64,000 bases of DNA from Vicugna vicugna (Eukaryota), in NCBI GenBank assembly GCA_013265495.1, contig MU058241.1:869249-933248 (forward strand), written 5' to 3'. Shown here piece by piece: positions 25,588-40,081 of the stretch. The first letter of the stretch is position 1, and each line of letters opens with the position of its first letter. The notes under the pieces are model-generated. The model saw only the letters and a list, made by a program, of their open reading frames with translations. It was not told the DNA's origin and did no database searches. A program made the translations under genes and the position numbers.

Positions 25588-27679
25588 TGACAGTAGTTCG
25601 TCAACCACACGATGTAGGTTTACTAACTTTATATTCATCTTCTAACGAGCCTCCTACTTTCTAGCAGCAGCACAAGAAAGCTGCACTGTCTCCCATGAAA
25701 AATCTCACGTATAGAGTCTCTTAGGGAAGACAGAAACGCAGCTGGGCACCTGTACTTGTCCTTACACTCTGAGGGCTACCTGCCCTCGAAGGGAGCGCTA
25801 TATATTCTCCCTCCTCTTGTCTCCTGTTCCTGTTCTCTGTCCTCACCTTTGCTGGCCCTGTCCAAGCTCCGCTTCCTTCTGGTCCACAGTTATTTCCCAT
25901 AATGATCTGCCAAGCCCACCAATTTTTCATCATGAGAAAAAAAAAATTACATCTACGGTAGCTTTTGTGTCATGTAATTGAAAATATTCCTCCTTGCACC
26001 CAAATGGCAATTTCCTGTTAAACATTTCCTATCCACATAGAATGAATCTAAAGTACATTTTTTTATGCACGTCCACATCTAACGTACACTGATAAATCAT
26101 AAATCCACAGGAAATCACACTAGTGATGTTACAGTCAAGTTACTTTGTGTTTTCACTTTTACTCCACCTTGTTTATACTCCTTATATCCAGAGAAAAGTT
26201 TGTTTGAAATTGGAAATTTTCCCAAGAGTCCACATATCCAGGGTAGTGATTCTTTTCTGAAGTGATGTCCTCTATGGGGAAGAGAGGTTAATGGTTTAAC
26301 AGTTAAAGAGAGGACATCACACACCAAGCTTTGAAATGGTACCCAACCAAACACAACAGTCACCACTTTGTGAGGCAGAAAGCATAAATGGGGTTTCTTA
26401 CTGTAAGAGAATTGTTTCCCCCTTTTCAACAGAAGCTCAAAGAATGGCTCCTCCTTCTGTGAACTGCTCTGCAGATGATGCGTCTTCCTGAAGCATCAAC
26501 TACATATATGTATGTGTGGGAAAATGGGAAAAGGTTTCAACTACATCAATTCATCTTTTGAAATAGGACAGATGTGGGGGGAAAAAAAACCATGAAGGTT
26601 CCAGAAGTATTTTTAGACATGGTTAGCATAAAGCAGCACTCAGCTTCAAAGCTTCACCTGTTAAGACAGTCTCTTCAATACTCAGAATTTCAAGAATGCT
26701 GCAATATTTTATCAGTTTAATAAAGGCTCTCTTAGTGGAGGAGGATTTTTTTTCATTTTAATTTTTTGCCAGGAGTGTCATCAGAGAAATCAGTAATCCG
26801 AGCAAAGTTAAAGTTTGAGTTAACATTTTAATGCATTTTTTAGCCAAATTATTTAATTAAAGAGCAATCGGCCAAACTTCAAACTCTACCCTGGTACGAT
26901 GCTAAGCGGATACAGTTAGTGGGACCAAGAAAGTAACTGCGGATGAGATCCAGAGAGTAACCCCCACCGTGAGCTCCACATTTCCTCAGTCTCAGACAAG
27001 CAAACAGAAACAAGCAAAAAATGCTGAAAAATACTGTTTCACAAAAAGTGAAACAATGTGTTAAAATTGTAGTGACTCAGTACAAAGGATTCTGTTCCCT
27101 TCTGTCTCCAAAGGGCTTCCCAAGACCATCGTCCTTCCCAGGATGACTCAACCCAAACACATCACTGGCTACCCAGGTGGCAAAGCAAAGTGGCAACCAG
27201 AGATCGGAGGGCCACTCAGGAAGGGGAGGCATTTCAGAGAAGAAGATGTGTTTGTTTGTCTGTTTTTCCTTTTTGGATGCCCAGCAAGAAAACTGTGGTA
27301 GAAAACAGAGGGGAGATTCCACCTGTCTCCCACATTCATCACAAGTTTATGAAGGAAAAAAAAAAAAACTAACCAGATCCCAATGAGGGACAGAACTAAA
27401 TTCTACTGTTGTTACGAGTAAAGGTATTTAGACCACCTCTGTAAAAATACTCTGCTTGCTTTACAGGGAAAACCCTGTGAGAGATACTTTAATCAAATAA
27501 CTAAACTGCACACAAATAAAGTATTTTGAAACCGTTTGAAAATGGAAAATCCCAAAGCCGGTAAGCAGAAACAGATGTATGGTTAGCGGACACTAGTCCC
27601 CAGGAGAGGGGTGATGAATTCTGCACTGCCACGCAAGTGGTTTCGTGTTTGGCTCCCTTCTTGAATCCTAGAAGGCCCT

Positions 27680-27900
27680 GTGGTCTTGCACAATGCCTAA
27701 GAGTTTGGACGCTGGAAACAGAGCCCCTCATTTCAAATTCCAGCTCAACAGCCTTGGCTAGATTATGTGCAGTGAACCAGTTGCATCAGCTAAGCCTCGG
27801 TTTCCTTATCTGCAAAACTGAGAGATTAAAAATAGATATTGCCGGGAGAGTGCTGTTAGGGTCCCTGACACATTTGTACTTTCCTGGGATGTAGCGCTTC
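27680..27900 (+). mobile_element. MIR SINE
   Basis: Core tttcaaattccagctc..ctaagcctcggtttccttatctgcaaaactgaga. Confidence 0.7.
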
Positions 27901-30086
27901 ACCAGTACTGAGCAACAAGACTTCAGACCCTTTCCAAAATGCTAATATGTAAGCTTTGCCCTCACTTAAAAATTAAACAGATTTACACACACATTTATAA
28001 CACTCTCATTATGGAAATACTATTTGAACAAAAATTCTTTAGAAGAAAAATGTATGTGTATTTTCCTGAACAGTCCCCCTTCATAGAATAATCTTCCTGA
28101 TATTTGGGAAGAGGTTTAAATCACATGGCTTGGAGGAAAACAAAACTTCTCAGTGGCAAATTTGGGGTGCCAGGGTTCCCACCCCATCCCCTCCCTACAT
28201 TGGTTTAGATACTCAGGGAGCCACAGCACAAATGACACCCCTCTGCAGCATCACGGACCTCATGTGGAAGACTGCAGAGTGGGCCTGACGGTTTCCAAGA
28301 TCAAGTCCAGCTCCAAAGTGTCTCCCAGCATGAAATCTTCCCTGATTCACCAGACCCTCCTTATCCATCACCTTCGTCTGCCAACACGTCTTCTGCCTTC
28401 AGTCTGTCTTATTTAATAATTTTTGACTGTTGGTTTAATTGCTGCTGCTACTTTGCATCCCCTTTTGACACTAAATACAATGATATCCCATAAATTAGTA
28501 AATGAGAGTTCAAGCAATCCATCGGGCAGCCAGACACGTGGTCCTAAGGACCTGCTTTTCCCCGGCTGCTGAGGAGACACAAAGTGTGGACCACCAGTCC
28601 TGCGGTCAGGATGCTCACAGCTGCAAACTTTTCCTCAACTGGAACCCATGGCCCTCAAGCTCTCTGTCTTGCATCCTCACACCTGTCACCCACCTAAGAA
28701 GTCTCTCTTCTCAGGTCGTAAACTTAATTTCTAGCCCCTAACTTCCACAATCCTCCAATAACCCCATGTCATGTCCTTTCTTATCTGCTCCATAGTTTTC
28801 CTCAGGCTGTGCCCTGCTAAATGTACAAAGATTCTTCCTGATGCTTGACCACTCATCCAAATTCAACTCCCTTCCCCCTTTCAAGACCAACTTAGTCTTG
28901 GTGAAGGTTTCTTAACCACTCCAACCCACAATGACCCTCCTGATCCCCAGCGAGTGTAACTTCCACCACCCCCTCTGGCCCCGATCACATCATACGTTGT
29001 AAAACCTAGGCAATGCGCGCCCTCACTGACTGCCAACTTCACCTCTCCGAGAACCAGGTCCCCTACTGGATAGACCAAAGGTGTCCTTAACATCTCATCT
29101 GGTTGAACACAGCACGTACACATTGAGCTACCAGGAGTTGCCTTTTTCCATGATTTGGCTAAATTCTGTATTCACTGGGTACAATCCAGAGGAAAAGCAA
29201 AGAAATGTAGGGCATTTCCCGTCTGCAAAATCATCAGATTTCCCTGCCAGCCTTCAATGAACCCTGATTTAACTCAAGGACTTCCTTAAACCAAAATGAA
29301 GTTTACTTGTTGGAATATTTGGCATTCATCAACCAGGTTAAGAAGGTACGTTAGGATTTTTCGTTTTTGTGATAAATTACCACCATGCCACCTGCTTTCC
29401 TGTTACAGAGGAAACAAATGATGCCCCTTGAAAACACAGGGGCAAATGGTCTAATGAGTTCCTCCTTGTGCCAATCCAGGGCCGAAAACTCTACCTCTAT
29501 CACTGATGCCCATCATAGTCCAACCACAATTCTGCATTATTAGGACCTACCATAGTCCTAACAATGAGGAACAATGAGGAACTTCTTTTTTGCAGAAGAG
29601 GAAGCCAACATGCCTGAATTTCAGGCCTGGGCTAGAAATCTTAAATTTGAATAGTTTTCTAAATAAATTTAGTTAGAGGTAAGCTTTTCACTGAAATATA
29701 ATAAAATCCAGAAAATAGCAAACATGAATGTCACAGTGAATTCATGATGTACATTCACAGATGGATGTCACAAAGTGGACACAGACAAATCGAAAAAAAA
29801 AAAAAAAAGTAAAATTACCAGCATCCTTCAAGCCACTCTCATTGCATTTCTATTTCTATTTGTTTCTCTGGAACGTTCAACGTGAGCCTGACCGAGTTAA
29901 CAGAATCACGTAAGGAGACTGTACACGCTCTCTCTTCATCACTTGAGACCATCTACACTGAGTGCCGACAGCAGAGCGGTTCGTGACCCAGCTCCCGTGG
30001 ATTATGCTATACTGGTGGCATCGTTTTCCCACGGGAAAGCCTTCAATGCTACAATTTAGCCATGTGCTTTGACTTCTATTGGAATC

Positions 30087-30480
30087 TGTCTTAGTGTGGA
30101 TTCTCCGAAAGGAACCCCTGAGCCCAGGAACTGAAGGGCAGGTGGTTTATTTGGAAGGGGACCCAGGAAGCATCTGCTGAGGACGTGAGGACATTCAACA
30201 AACAAAGGAGAAAAGTGAGAAGAGGTTCTCACCATAGGTATGTAGGGCTTTTCCCAACTAAAGACTTAGAAAATCCAGAATTGATCCCCCATGGGTGGTT
30301 TAACCCCTGGGCGTTGTGCCGGGGCCTTCACCCTCTGTACTTGCTAGTCATGGCTGCCCGTGGGGGTTCTCAGCCCCAGTGAGGCCAGGAAGACCTTCCA
30401 GACAACAGAACGGTAACCCACACCCAGGCAGACAGTCAGCGTCCCAGAACCTGAGCTCTGGATGAGCTCCCTTCTGCTAC
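30087..30480. mobile_element. Old MLT1 (K/L-like) LTR remnant
   Basis: tgtcttagtgtggattctcc..gcaggtggtttatttggaaggggacccaggaagca. Confidence 0.55.
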
Positions 30481-30964
30481 AAGGGCCAACAGCAGTCAGC
30501 ATCGTACCATTTTTTGCAAAGCTAACATTGACAACATTGTCTGTTCCACAGCTTACTTAAAAAGTATGTGCTAAAAACACCACTGATACCCAGGGCCCCA
30601 CGGGCGTCTTCCGAGGGTACAGCAAGCATCACCTCTCGGAAAACAAACACCTTCAACCCCTCACGTTTCTCTCCTCGCCATCACTCCCAGGAGCCCAGGG
30701 TTAACTCTTCAGCTACCCTCCAATAAGGTGCCCTTTCCTTACACTTCTTCCATAACTACTGCTCCACTCCCCATTAATGTGGCAGTTTAATCCCAAACTT
30801 TGTAGCCTTAGTACACCGCCACATGTCTTTAAAAAGATTTGAATTAGAAATAATACATGGACAGGCAACAGGAAAAGAAGTAATTACGTATCTGAGGGCA
30901 GTCAAGAGAGCTGAGTCCCAACAGAAAATACTCGTGTGGGGTCTGCACCCTGGTCAAGGCATGA

Positions 30965-31110
30965 TGCATGATGTTATTTTAAACCCCATACATCTTCACT
31001 GTGCAGATGAGGAACCCAAGGTTTAAGGGATCCAACTGCCTGCCTGAGTTCAGTCATTTGGTGAATGTGGGAGTTATGGCCTGAAGGCAAGTCTGTCTGG
31101 CTCCGTCTGC
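30965..31110 (-). mobile_element. MIR SINE
   Basis: gcagatgaggaacccaaggtttaaggga..tgcctgagttca..aggcaagtctgtctggctcc. Confidence 0.65.
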
Positions 31111-33139
31111 TTCATGCTATGACCTATAAATACAGACGACACTGACGGACATTAGGAAATCCCTAATGATGGGGAGATGCAATACGTATGTGTAATAACT
31201 GTCACATGTTGTTATTTCTGCCTTCCTTTAACTTTGGAACTTTTCCTAAAATCATACAGATAGTGGAGAATGAAAGATTCAATCTAGGGTCAACATCTCC
31301 TCTATTCTTGAATTGTTTCTAGAATTAATTTATAATTGTAACATGGCATCCTACCCAGTTTGTCATATTATGAAAAGCTTTTGAAGTTAGGAGACTTTCT
31401 GTACTTACTGGATGTAAACATTGAGAAACAATTACAAAGGCATTAGGATATCAATCATTTTAACCTGATATTATTTATTTTGAAAAGCAGATTCATGATG
31501 GTGGAGAGAGTATAAATTTCGACTGAAGTTTGCTTGCATTTGGGGGAATTTGGCTCTTCCATGGGGTTGGCACAAGCAGAAACAATCCCTCTTCTACTGA
31601 CCTGCACCATTTGTTTTGAATAAAACTCATGCTGGAGAGCATTCTTTCTCAAAATGTAACTTTCCTAAACCCAATTATGTTGGAGCCTGGGTTTAACAAC
31701 TGGTATGAATAGATTTATATCTCGTAAATCACTTTCATGGGAGCCACTAAGTTACAATTTTTGGATGATAAACTTCCTCAATTTGGGCAAAATGAACACC
31801 GTCGCTACGGAAATAGTTGCCCTCCCTGATGAGTCAGTGTGTTCTCAGAAGACATTCCTGTCTCAGTTTCTTGGGGTACTTGTACTGCGCCAAATCTTTA
31901 TTTATTCTGGACTCAGAGGGTGTACCTGGCCCGGTTCACAAAGTTTATATCAGAACACAAGCAGAAAAAATGAGCACTAATAGTCAGGGTAGTTTCCAAT
32001 AATGAATAACTAACAGAATAAGGGCACACAGCGATCACAACAGAACAGGCTTGATCAGACTGACATCCGTCACAGACAACAGGTCTACCCATACTGGTGT
32101 GTTCAAGTGGGATAACCCTGGGGTTAAATGTATCTAGGCATGCTTCATCTCAGCCCAGATCTCATACAATTCAAAGAGGCAGCAGAGTTCAAATTACTTA
32201 GTCAAGACTTCAATAGAAAGTATGCAAGAGAAACATTTCCTGTTTCCAAATTGGATGGAGATGGGGCTACATGTGTTAATTTGCGACACGACATTAGCAT
32301 CTAAAAATAACAGTGGGAGAAATTTACACCTCAGCCATAAAATTCAGTTTGCTTGGGAACTGAGGCACGTTTACATGCTTCACATCCTGAATTATTTCTA
32401 AACAGCTGGCAAGGATTTAAAAATCATCAAAGGCATTTATTAATAACAAACTCTTTGTCAAACACTGATGGATTAGTATAGCTTTATTTGTGTTTTCATT
32501 TATGACCATTTCTGTGGTTGGGCGGGAGGGGAACTGACGCATGCTGAAATACTGTAGTGAGTTCAGCAGTCATACTCACGAACGGAAGAAAAAAGTTCAC
32601 ACACAGGTTCAAAGCACAATGTTGTCGACAGAGAAAATTGCTCTCTTACACTTGACAAGAGACACAGAAAAACAGATGACACGATTTTTCACACTAGCTA
32701 TCAATGTCTGATTTGCCATCATTTGGCTAGATCCAACAACATGTGAAATGTGCAAGTGACTGGAAGTAAGTGTCAGCAGGAACTGCTCAGTAAACTATGA
32801 TATGGTACACAATGAAATACTACACACATGTACAAGACGAAAGCATCAGACCTTTACAGAAGATACGGGAAAAGGCTAGTGTTTAACGGTCTATATTTGC
32901 ATAAAGAAACTAATACAAGGCGTTATTTATAGCGCGTGGGCTCGGCTGGATGGAGTGGAGAGGAGAGGGTGCGAGGGAGCCCTTCCATAAACTGCTTCAA
33001 TTATAAGTAAGTTCATTTTCTTTCCCAACTGCACATTCATTTATAAAATGTTTTTGGAGCCCTGAACCTTCTCCCCTTTGCAGCTGTCATTATTGCCACT
33101 GTGTGTGTGTGTCTGTGTGTGCGCGCGCATACACAAATG

Positions 33140-33298
33140 TGTGTGATTATTTATTTGATGCTTCTCCTCCAAGACTAGGCTGTGAGCCCCGCAAGGACAG
33201 GGTCTCAGTTTTGCCTTCTAACCAGTGCGTCTTCAGTGTCTGACACAGTGCGTGGCTCTCAGCGGCTTCCAATCACTATTTCTTGACTAAATAAATGG
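33140..33298 (+). mobile_element. L2 3' end
   Basis: actaggctgtgagccccgcaaggacagggtctcagttt..cagtgtctgacacagtgcgtggc..tatttcttgactaaataaatg. Confidence 0.75.
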
Positions 33299-34237
33299 CA
33301 GTATGCCAGCATCAACAACTAACAAAGACACATCATCAGTTACTGTCTCTATGTGCTTTTTATTTCTTTATTCTTTTTACTCGGAAATATAGATTGTGTT
33401 GAGGTCCACAAGAGAAACTTCCAGAAACAGATATTCATCATTGTCCTTTAATGTAACAAATTTTATCAAAACACTTCTGCAGGGTATTTAAAAAATATCT
33501 GTTCTTACATCGTTTTCCAACTTATTTCCATAGACTACAGTAAAATAAGTCAGTCCGTAATTCGTTTAATTTTATCTGTTATTTCTTTATTTCAAATTTT
33601 GGATTTGTGCTATTACCAACTTTTAAATTATATAATCTACTAACCTATTCATTTTACTCATTTTCCCAAAGAGTTTATTTGTTTATGTTTTATTTATGTT
33701 TTATCATATGTCTGTTTTTGAGTGTTTAATTTCACTTTTGTTTTTTAATTACCTTTCCTTTTTTTCAATTAATTCAGACTTTATCCCTTTCTAAGTTTAA
33801 GATTCAGAGAAAAATTGAAGGAATACATTAGTTTTATTTTAAACTGCTTATTCTAACAATTTCAGTTGAATGTCCTTCACATACTTTTTCTCTTCTATTC
33901 ACTAACACACTTACTGAAAGTTATTCAGTTTCTTCGAGCATGTTTTTAGCTACAAACAAAAATTTGTTCTTTTCTATAAATTCTGCATTTTGAGTTTTTA
34001 TGTTCTCTTTTACTCAATAGTTAAGACATAGATTGTAATTTGTTTTATTTTACTTAAAAATTTCAGGGTGTTCTTTTTCACTTTCTATTTTTTGTGGCTG
34101 ATTTCTCATTTTACTGATTGTGATGGAATATGACAGTAGTTACTATTTCTACTTGATATAATTATTTAAGGTGTGTGTGTATTTAAGTGTGAAAATCTTT
34201 TGCTTTCAATAGGTGCATAAATTTATCTCATATACAC

Positions 34238-34392
34238 TTATTTTTAAATTGATATGCAATATTACAATAGTTTCAGGTGCGTAACATGATGATTCAATAT
34301 TTATATATATCGCAAAATGATCAACACTAAGTCTAGTTAATATCTGCAGCACACATAGTTAAAAAATTTTTTTTTCCTGTGATAGGGACTCA
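34238..34392 (-). mobile_element. L1 (L1MA9-like) 3' end
   Basis: Antisense 3' terminus tagtttcaggtgcgtaacatgatgattcaatatttatatatatcgcaaaatgatcaacactaagtctagttaa. Confidence 0.75.
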
Positions 34393-34700
34393 TTTACATT
34401 GATTACTGTGACAGACATATTTGTCACTTTTTCTACATTTTATCCTTATTTTTTGTCTTAAAATCTTTTTCACAATGTTTTTAATAGAGTTTTGATAATG
34501 GTAATGAAAAGGAAGGATGTTCTGAAGGTATTTTCATACAAAACCCTGGCACTGTGCCCTTCTATTAATCAAAAAGAGCTAGAGACTATTACTCAATAAG
34601 ACTAAGAAAACTTTAAAAACTATTTGAAAACGAGGTGAATACATTTCTCTTTCATTGTTGACAATCTGTTTTTAAAAGCAGCTTCAATAATACTGAACCT

Positions 34701-37700
34701 AACTTATATGCACCCAATACAGGAGCACATAAATATAAAGACAAATACTAACAGAGAGAAAGGGAGAAAATGATAGGAATACAGTAATAGTAGGAGACTT
34801 TAGCACTCCACTGACATCAACGGACAGGTCTTCCAGATGGAAAATCAGTAAAGCAACAGAGACCCTAAATGACACAAAAGAAAAGTTTAACTTAATTGAT
34901 ATCCATGGGACTCCACATCCAAAAATACCCCAGAATATACATTCTTGTCAAGCACATATGGAACATTATCTAGGATAGATGACATACTAGGACACAAAAC
35001 AAGCCTGAATAAATTTAAGAGAATAAAAATTATTTCAAGCACCTTTTCTGACCACAACAGTATGAAATTAGAAATCAACTACTGAGAGAAAATCAGGTTA
35101 AAAAAATCACATAAAGACTAAACAACATGATACTAAAAAACCAATTAGTCAGTAAGGAAATCAAAGATGAAATCAGAAAATATGTAGAGAGAAATGGCAA
35201 TAAAAACACAGCAATGAGATGCAGCAAAAGCAGTTCTAAGAGGAACGTTCAAAGCAATACAGGCCTTCCTCAAAAAACAAGAAAAATCTCAAGTAAAAAA
35301 ACCTAATCTACCAAAGAGATTTAGAAAAAGAAGAACAAAACCTAAAATCAGCAGAAGGGAGGAAATAATAAAGATCAGAGAGAAAATAAGTAAAACAGAG
35401 ATTAAAAAACAATAGAAAAAATCAACAGAACCAAGAGCTGGTTCTCTGAAAGTGTAAACAATATCCACAAACCTCTGGCCAGGCTCACCAAGAGAAAAAG
35501 AGAGAGGACCCAAATACATAATGTAAGACTCAAAAGAGGAGAAATAACAATCAACATCACAGAAATTCAACAAAATCATACGAGACTACTATGAACAGTT
35601 ACATGCTAAGAAATTAGGCAACCTGGAAAAGAATGGACAGGTTTCTAGAAATATATAGACTGCCAAAACTGAACCAAGAAGAAATAGATAATTTGAACAG
35701 ACCCATCAATAGAAGTGAAATAGAATCTGTAATTTAAAAACAAACAAACCAACCAACCTCTCTGCCAACAAAAGTCAAGGATGGGATGGCTTCGCTGGGG
35801 AATTCTACCAAACATACAAAGAACTTATAACAATCCTTCTCAAAGTCTTCCAAAAGACTGAAGAGGGAACACTTCCAAGCTCATTCTGTGAAGCCAGCAT
35901 CACCCCAATACCAAAAACAGACAAAGGCACTACAAAAAAGAAAATTACAGGCCAAAATGTTTGAAAAATATAGATGCAAAATCCTCAACAAAATATTAGC
36001 AAACTGAATTCAACAATACACAAGAAGGATCATATACCATGATCAAGTTGGATCCATTCCAGGGTCACGATGATGGGTGGACGCAAATCAATCAATGTGA
36101 TATACCATGTTAACAAAAGAAAGGACAGAACCCACATGATCATTTAAATAGAAAAAGCATTTGATACAATTCAATATCCATTCATGATAAAATCTCTCAA
36201 CAAAGTGGGTATAGAGGCAACATACCTCAACATAATAAAAGCCATTTTTGACAAACCCACAGCCAATATCATACTCAACAGTGAAAAGCTGAAAGCGTAC
36301 CTGCTAAATTCAAGAACAAGACAAGGATGCCCATTCTAACCACTTCCATTCACAAAGTATTGGAAGTTCCAGTCACAGCAATCAGACAAGAAAAATAACA
36401 GGGATCCAAATTGGAAGAAAAGAAGTAAAACTTCACTATCTGCAGATAACATAATACTCTACAGAGAACTCCAAAGACACCACACAAAAACTATCAGGAC
36501 TAATAAATGACTTCAGCAAGGTGGCAGGATACAAGATTAACAAGCAGAAATCTGTTGTATTTCTTTACAAAAAAAGGAAATATCAGAAAGAGAAAGTTAA
36601 AAAAAATCCTGTTTAATGCGTCCATATCCTGGCAATTATAAACAATGCTGCTGTTACTAGCAGGGTGTATGTATCTTTTTTAGTTAATTTTTATTTTGCG
36701 GTTGGCTTTATTCCTTTGATAACTATGTAAGTTAAAAAAGCTAAAGCTCCAAACATTCTCAGAAATAATGAACTGTATATATATGTAAATTTTAAAATAT
36801 ATGCACAGTAAAAAAAAAATCTATCAAGCCATGAAAGACATAGAAGAAACTTAAAAGACATATTGCTAAATGAAAAGAAGCCTGTCTGAAAAGGCTACAA
36901 ACTGTACGATTCCAACCAAGTGACATTCTGGAAAAGGCAGTTACAGAAGCAATAAAAAGATCGTAGTTTCCAGGAGTTTGGGGAGAGGCAGGGAGGAATG
37001 AACAGATGGAGCACAAGGGATTTTTCGGGCAATGACGTTATTCTGTATGATAATATAGTGGTGGCTGTATGTCATTATGTGTTTGTCAAAGTCCATAGAA
37101 TGTACAACATCAAGAGTGAACCCTAATGTAAACTATGGACTTTGGTTGATAATAATATGCCCATGTTATTTCATCGATTGTACCATATATGCCATACCGA
37201 CGAGCGATGTTGAGCATAGGGGAGTATATATGTGTGGGTGGGGAGGGCTATGTGCAAACTCTCTGTATTTTCTGCTCTATTCTGTTGTGAAACTGCAACT
37301 GCTCTAAAAGAATAAAGTCAATCTTTTTAAAATCCTGCTTAAAATCAATTCAAAAAATAAAATACCTAGGAATTAACCTAACCAAGAAGGTGAAAGACCT
37401 ATACTCAGAAAAGTATAAAACACTGATAAAGAAAACTGAAGATGATGCAAAGAAATGGAAATATATCCCATGTTTGTGGCATGAAAGAGTTAATATTGTT
37501 AAAATGGCCATACTACAGTTTTAATGCTAACCCTCTCAAATTATCCTAATGACATTTTCCACAGAACTAGAATACATAATCCTAAAATTTGTATGAAAGT
37601 ATAAAAGACCCAGAATTGCCCAAGAAATCCTGAGGAAGAAAACAAAGCTGAGGGCATAACCCTCCCAGAATTCAGACAATACTACAAAGCTACAGTAATC

Positions 37701-39228
37701 AAAACAGTGTGGTATTGGCACAAAAACAGACATACGGATCAATGGAACAGAACAGAGAGCCCAGAAATAAACCTACACAGCTACGGTCAATTAATCTTCA
37801 ACAAAGGGAGCACGAATACACAATGGAGAAAAGACAATCTCTTCAGCAAGTGGTGTTGGGAAAGCTCGAGAGTCACATGTAAATCAATGAAGTTAGAACA
37901 CTCCCTCATACCACACACAAAAATAAAAGCAAAATGGCTTAAAGACTTAAATACAAGAAATGACACCACAAAACTTCTAGAAGAGAACACAGGCTAAACA
38001 TTCTCTGATATAAATCGTAGCAATTTTTTTTTAGGTCAGTCTCCCAAGGCAAAAGAAATGAAAGCAAAAATAAACAAATAGGACCTAATGAAACTTAAAA
38101 TGTTTTTTTCTCAGCTAAAGAAGCCATAAGCAAAATGAAAAGACCACCTTTGGACTTGGAGAAAACATTTTCAAATGAAGCAGCCAACAAGGGGTTAATT
38201 TCCAAACCATAAAAACAGCTCATACAATTCAATATCAAAACAACCAAACAACTCAATCAAAAAACAGGCATAAGATCTAAACAGACATTTCTCCAAAGAC
38301 AGACAGATGGCCAACAGGCACATGAAAAGATGCTCAACATTGCTAATCATTGGAGAAGTGCAAATGAGAAATACAATAAGGTATCATCTCACATTGGTTA
38401 GAATGACCATCATTAAGAAGTCTACAAATAATAAATGCTGGGGAGGGTGTGGAGAAAAGGGAACCCTCCTACACTGCTGGTGGGAATGTAGTTTGGTGCA
38501 GTCATTATGGAAAGCAGTATGGAGATTCCTTAAAAAACTAAAAATAGAGCCTACCATATGATCCAGCAACCCCACTCCCGGGCATGTAACTAGAAAAAAA
38601 AGGGAACTCTTAATTCGAAAAGATATACACACCCCAATGTTCACAGCAGCACTGTCATGATAGCCAAGACACAGAAACAGTCTAAGTGTCTATCAATAGA
38701 TGATTGGTTTCAGAAGATGTGGTGCATATGTATGTGTATATATATTTATACACACAGACAGACACAGACACACACACAATGGAATATTACTCAGCAATAA
38801 AAAAGAATGAAGTATTGCCATTTGCAACAACATGGACGGACCTAGAGACTATCACACTAAGTGAAGTAAGTCAGAGAAAGGCAAATATTATATAATATCA
38901 CTTGTATGTAGAACTTAAAAAATACTACAAATGAATCTATATATAAAACAAATGGACTCACAGATAGAGAAAACAAACTTATGGTTACCAAACAGGAAAG
39001 TGGGGAGGGGAACTGGGAGTGTGGGATTAACATACACAAACTACTATGTATAAACAGATGAACAAGAAGGATTTACTGTATAACACAGGTAACAATATTC
39101 AATATCTTGTAATAACCTATAATGGAAAATAATCTAAATATATATATAACTGAATCACTTTGCTGTACACCTGAAACTAGCCCAGTATTGTAAATCAACT
39201 GCACTTCAGTTACAAGAAAAGAAAAGAA
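34701..39228 (+). mobile_element. 5'-truncated, inactivated L1 (ORF2 from the endonuclease domain through RT and C-terminus, plus 3' UTR), interrupted at 36617-37328
   Basis: Begins in the EN domain (tatgcacccaatacaggagca = YAPNTGA). RT motifs include acaagacaaggatgccca (TRQGCP) and tctgcagataacata (decayed FADDM). Track peptides [14 protein letters not shown] and MEYYSAIKKNE. Ends in a (GAAAA)n tail. Decayed TSD candidate aataatactgaacct (34686-34700) / aagaatgatgaacct (39229-39243). Many stops and frameshifts. Confidence 0.95.
36617..37328 (+). mobile_element. TSD-flanked composite insertion: inverted L1 piece + unique spacer + L1MC-like 3' end
   Basis: TSD aaaatcctg(t/c)ttaa at 36603-36616 and 37329-37342. 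L1MC-type ctatcaagccatgaaagacat..aagagtgaaccctaatgtaaactatggactttgg..aataaagtc at ~36810-37320. Confidence 0.85.
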
Positions 39229-40081
39229 AAGAATGATGAACCTCTTCTCTTACGTACAAAGAAGCAGGCAAATTGGCTTTTGATCTCAGTAATAATTCAA
39301 AGATTTCAGAAAGAAATCATTTTTAGGAAATATCTCCAAGTTCTTAAGAATAAACTTCATGATTCAGGGAAAGAGCATTTAAGTTTTTTTTTCTTTAGGT
39401 TGCTTATGGCTATGACTAGATGGGCATAACTGATATTTTCCAAGGGAAGATTCTTTCTCCTCCAAGAATGAAATGTGCTATGTGAGAAATTCTGTACAAA
39501 ATTTCATTGACTTTGACAGGACTTCAAATTGTGTCTCTATCACAATAGCTCATCAACTGCTTTTGCTTTATCAGAGTCGAAGTGTTTTTACCAAACATTT
39601 CTGCTTAAATTCTTCTTTTAGACTAAAATTCTCTAAACATAAAATCCATTTACCATAACATTATGCTTTGTTGAACCCATTGTATTTTTTTCCCTGAGGC
39701 TGACAGAAGAAAAACAGAGTAGATATGAATCTTAAGGACCATATTTTTTAATAGAGAAAATCATACGTAAACGCTCATATATTTTTAGTCTTTCATTTCC
39801 ACAGATAACTTTTGCAATGAATTTTATCTCAATAGCTAAAGAAAAATTTAATGTTTCAGATACTCTTCTGTTACTGACTAAAAATATTTAATCAAGCTCT
39901 TTGATGCTGGATATGTGTTCTACACTGTTTACCAAAGAGAAGTGGCACACCCTGAAAACAGCAATGCCCCATGGCTAATGGTAATTCATGGCGTATCCAG
40001 GGCAAGTTACTTGATTTCTCTGGAATCATCTTTCTCTACAAGTAAGAGTTTTAGGCAATGGTTTCTGAAGTCTCTAATGAG

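Noticed and set aside
33099..33135. (TG)n(CG)n alternating tract and other microsatellites (~17375-17410, ~55665-55732, ~58066-58088, ~58985-59012)
   Set aside because: Ordinary short simple repeats; too short to argue for a function.
34887..39039. Several 60-100 aa ORFs on both strands
   Set aside because: They are fragments or antisense frames of the decayed L1, not host genes.
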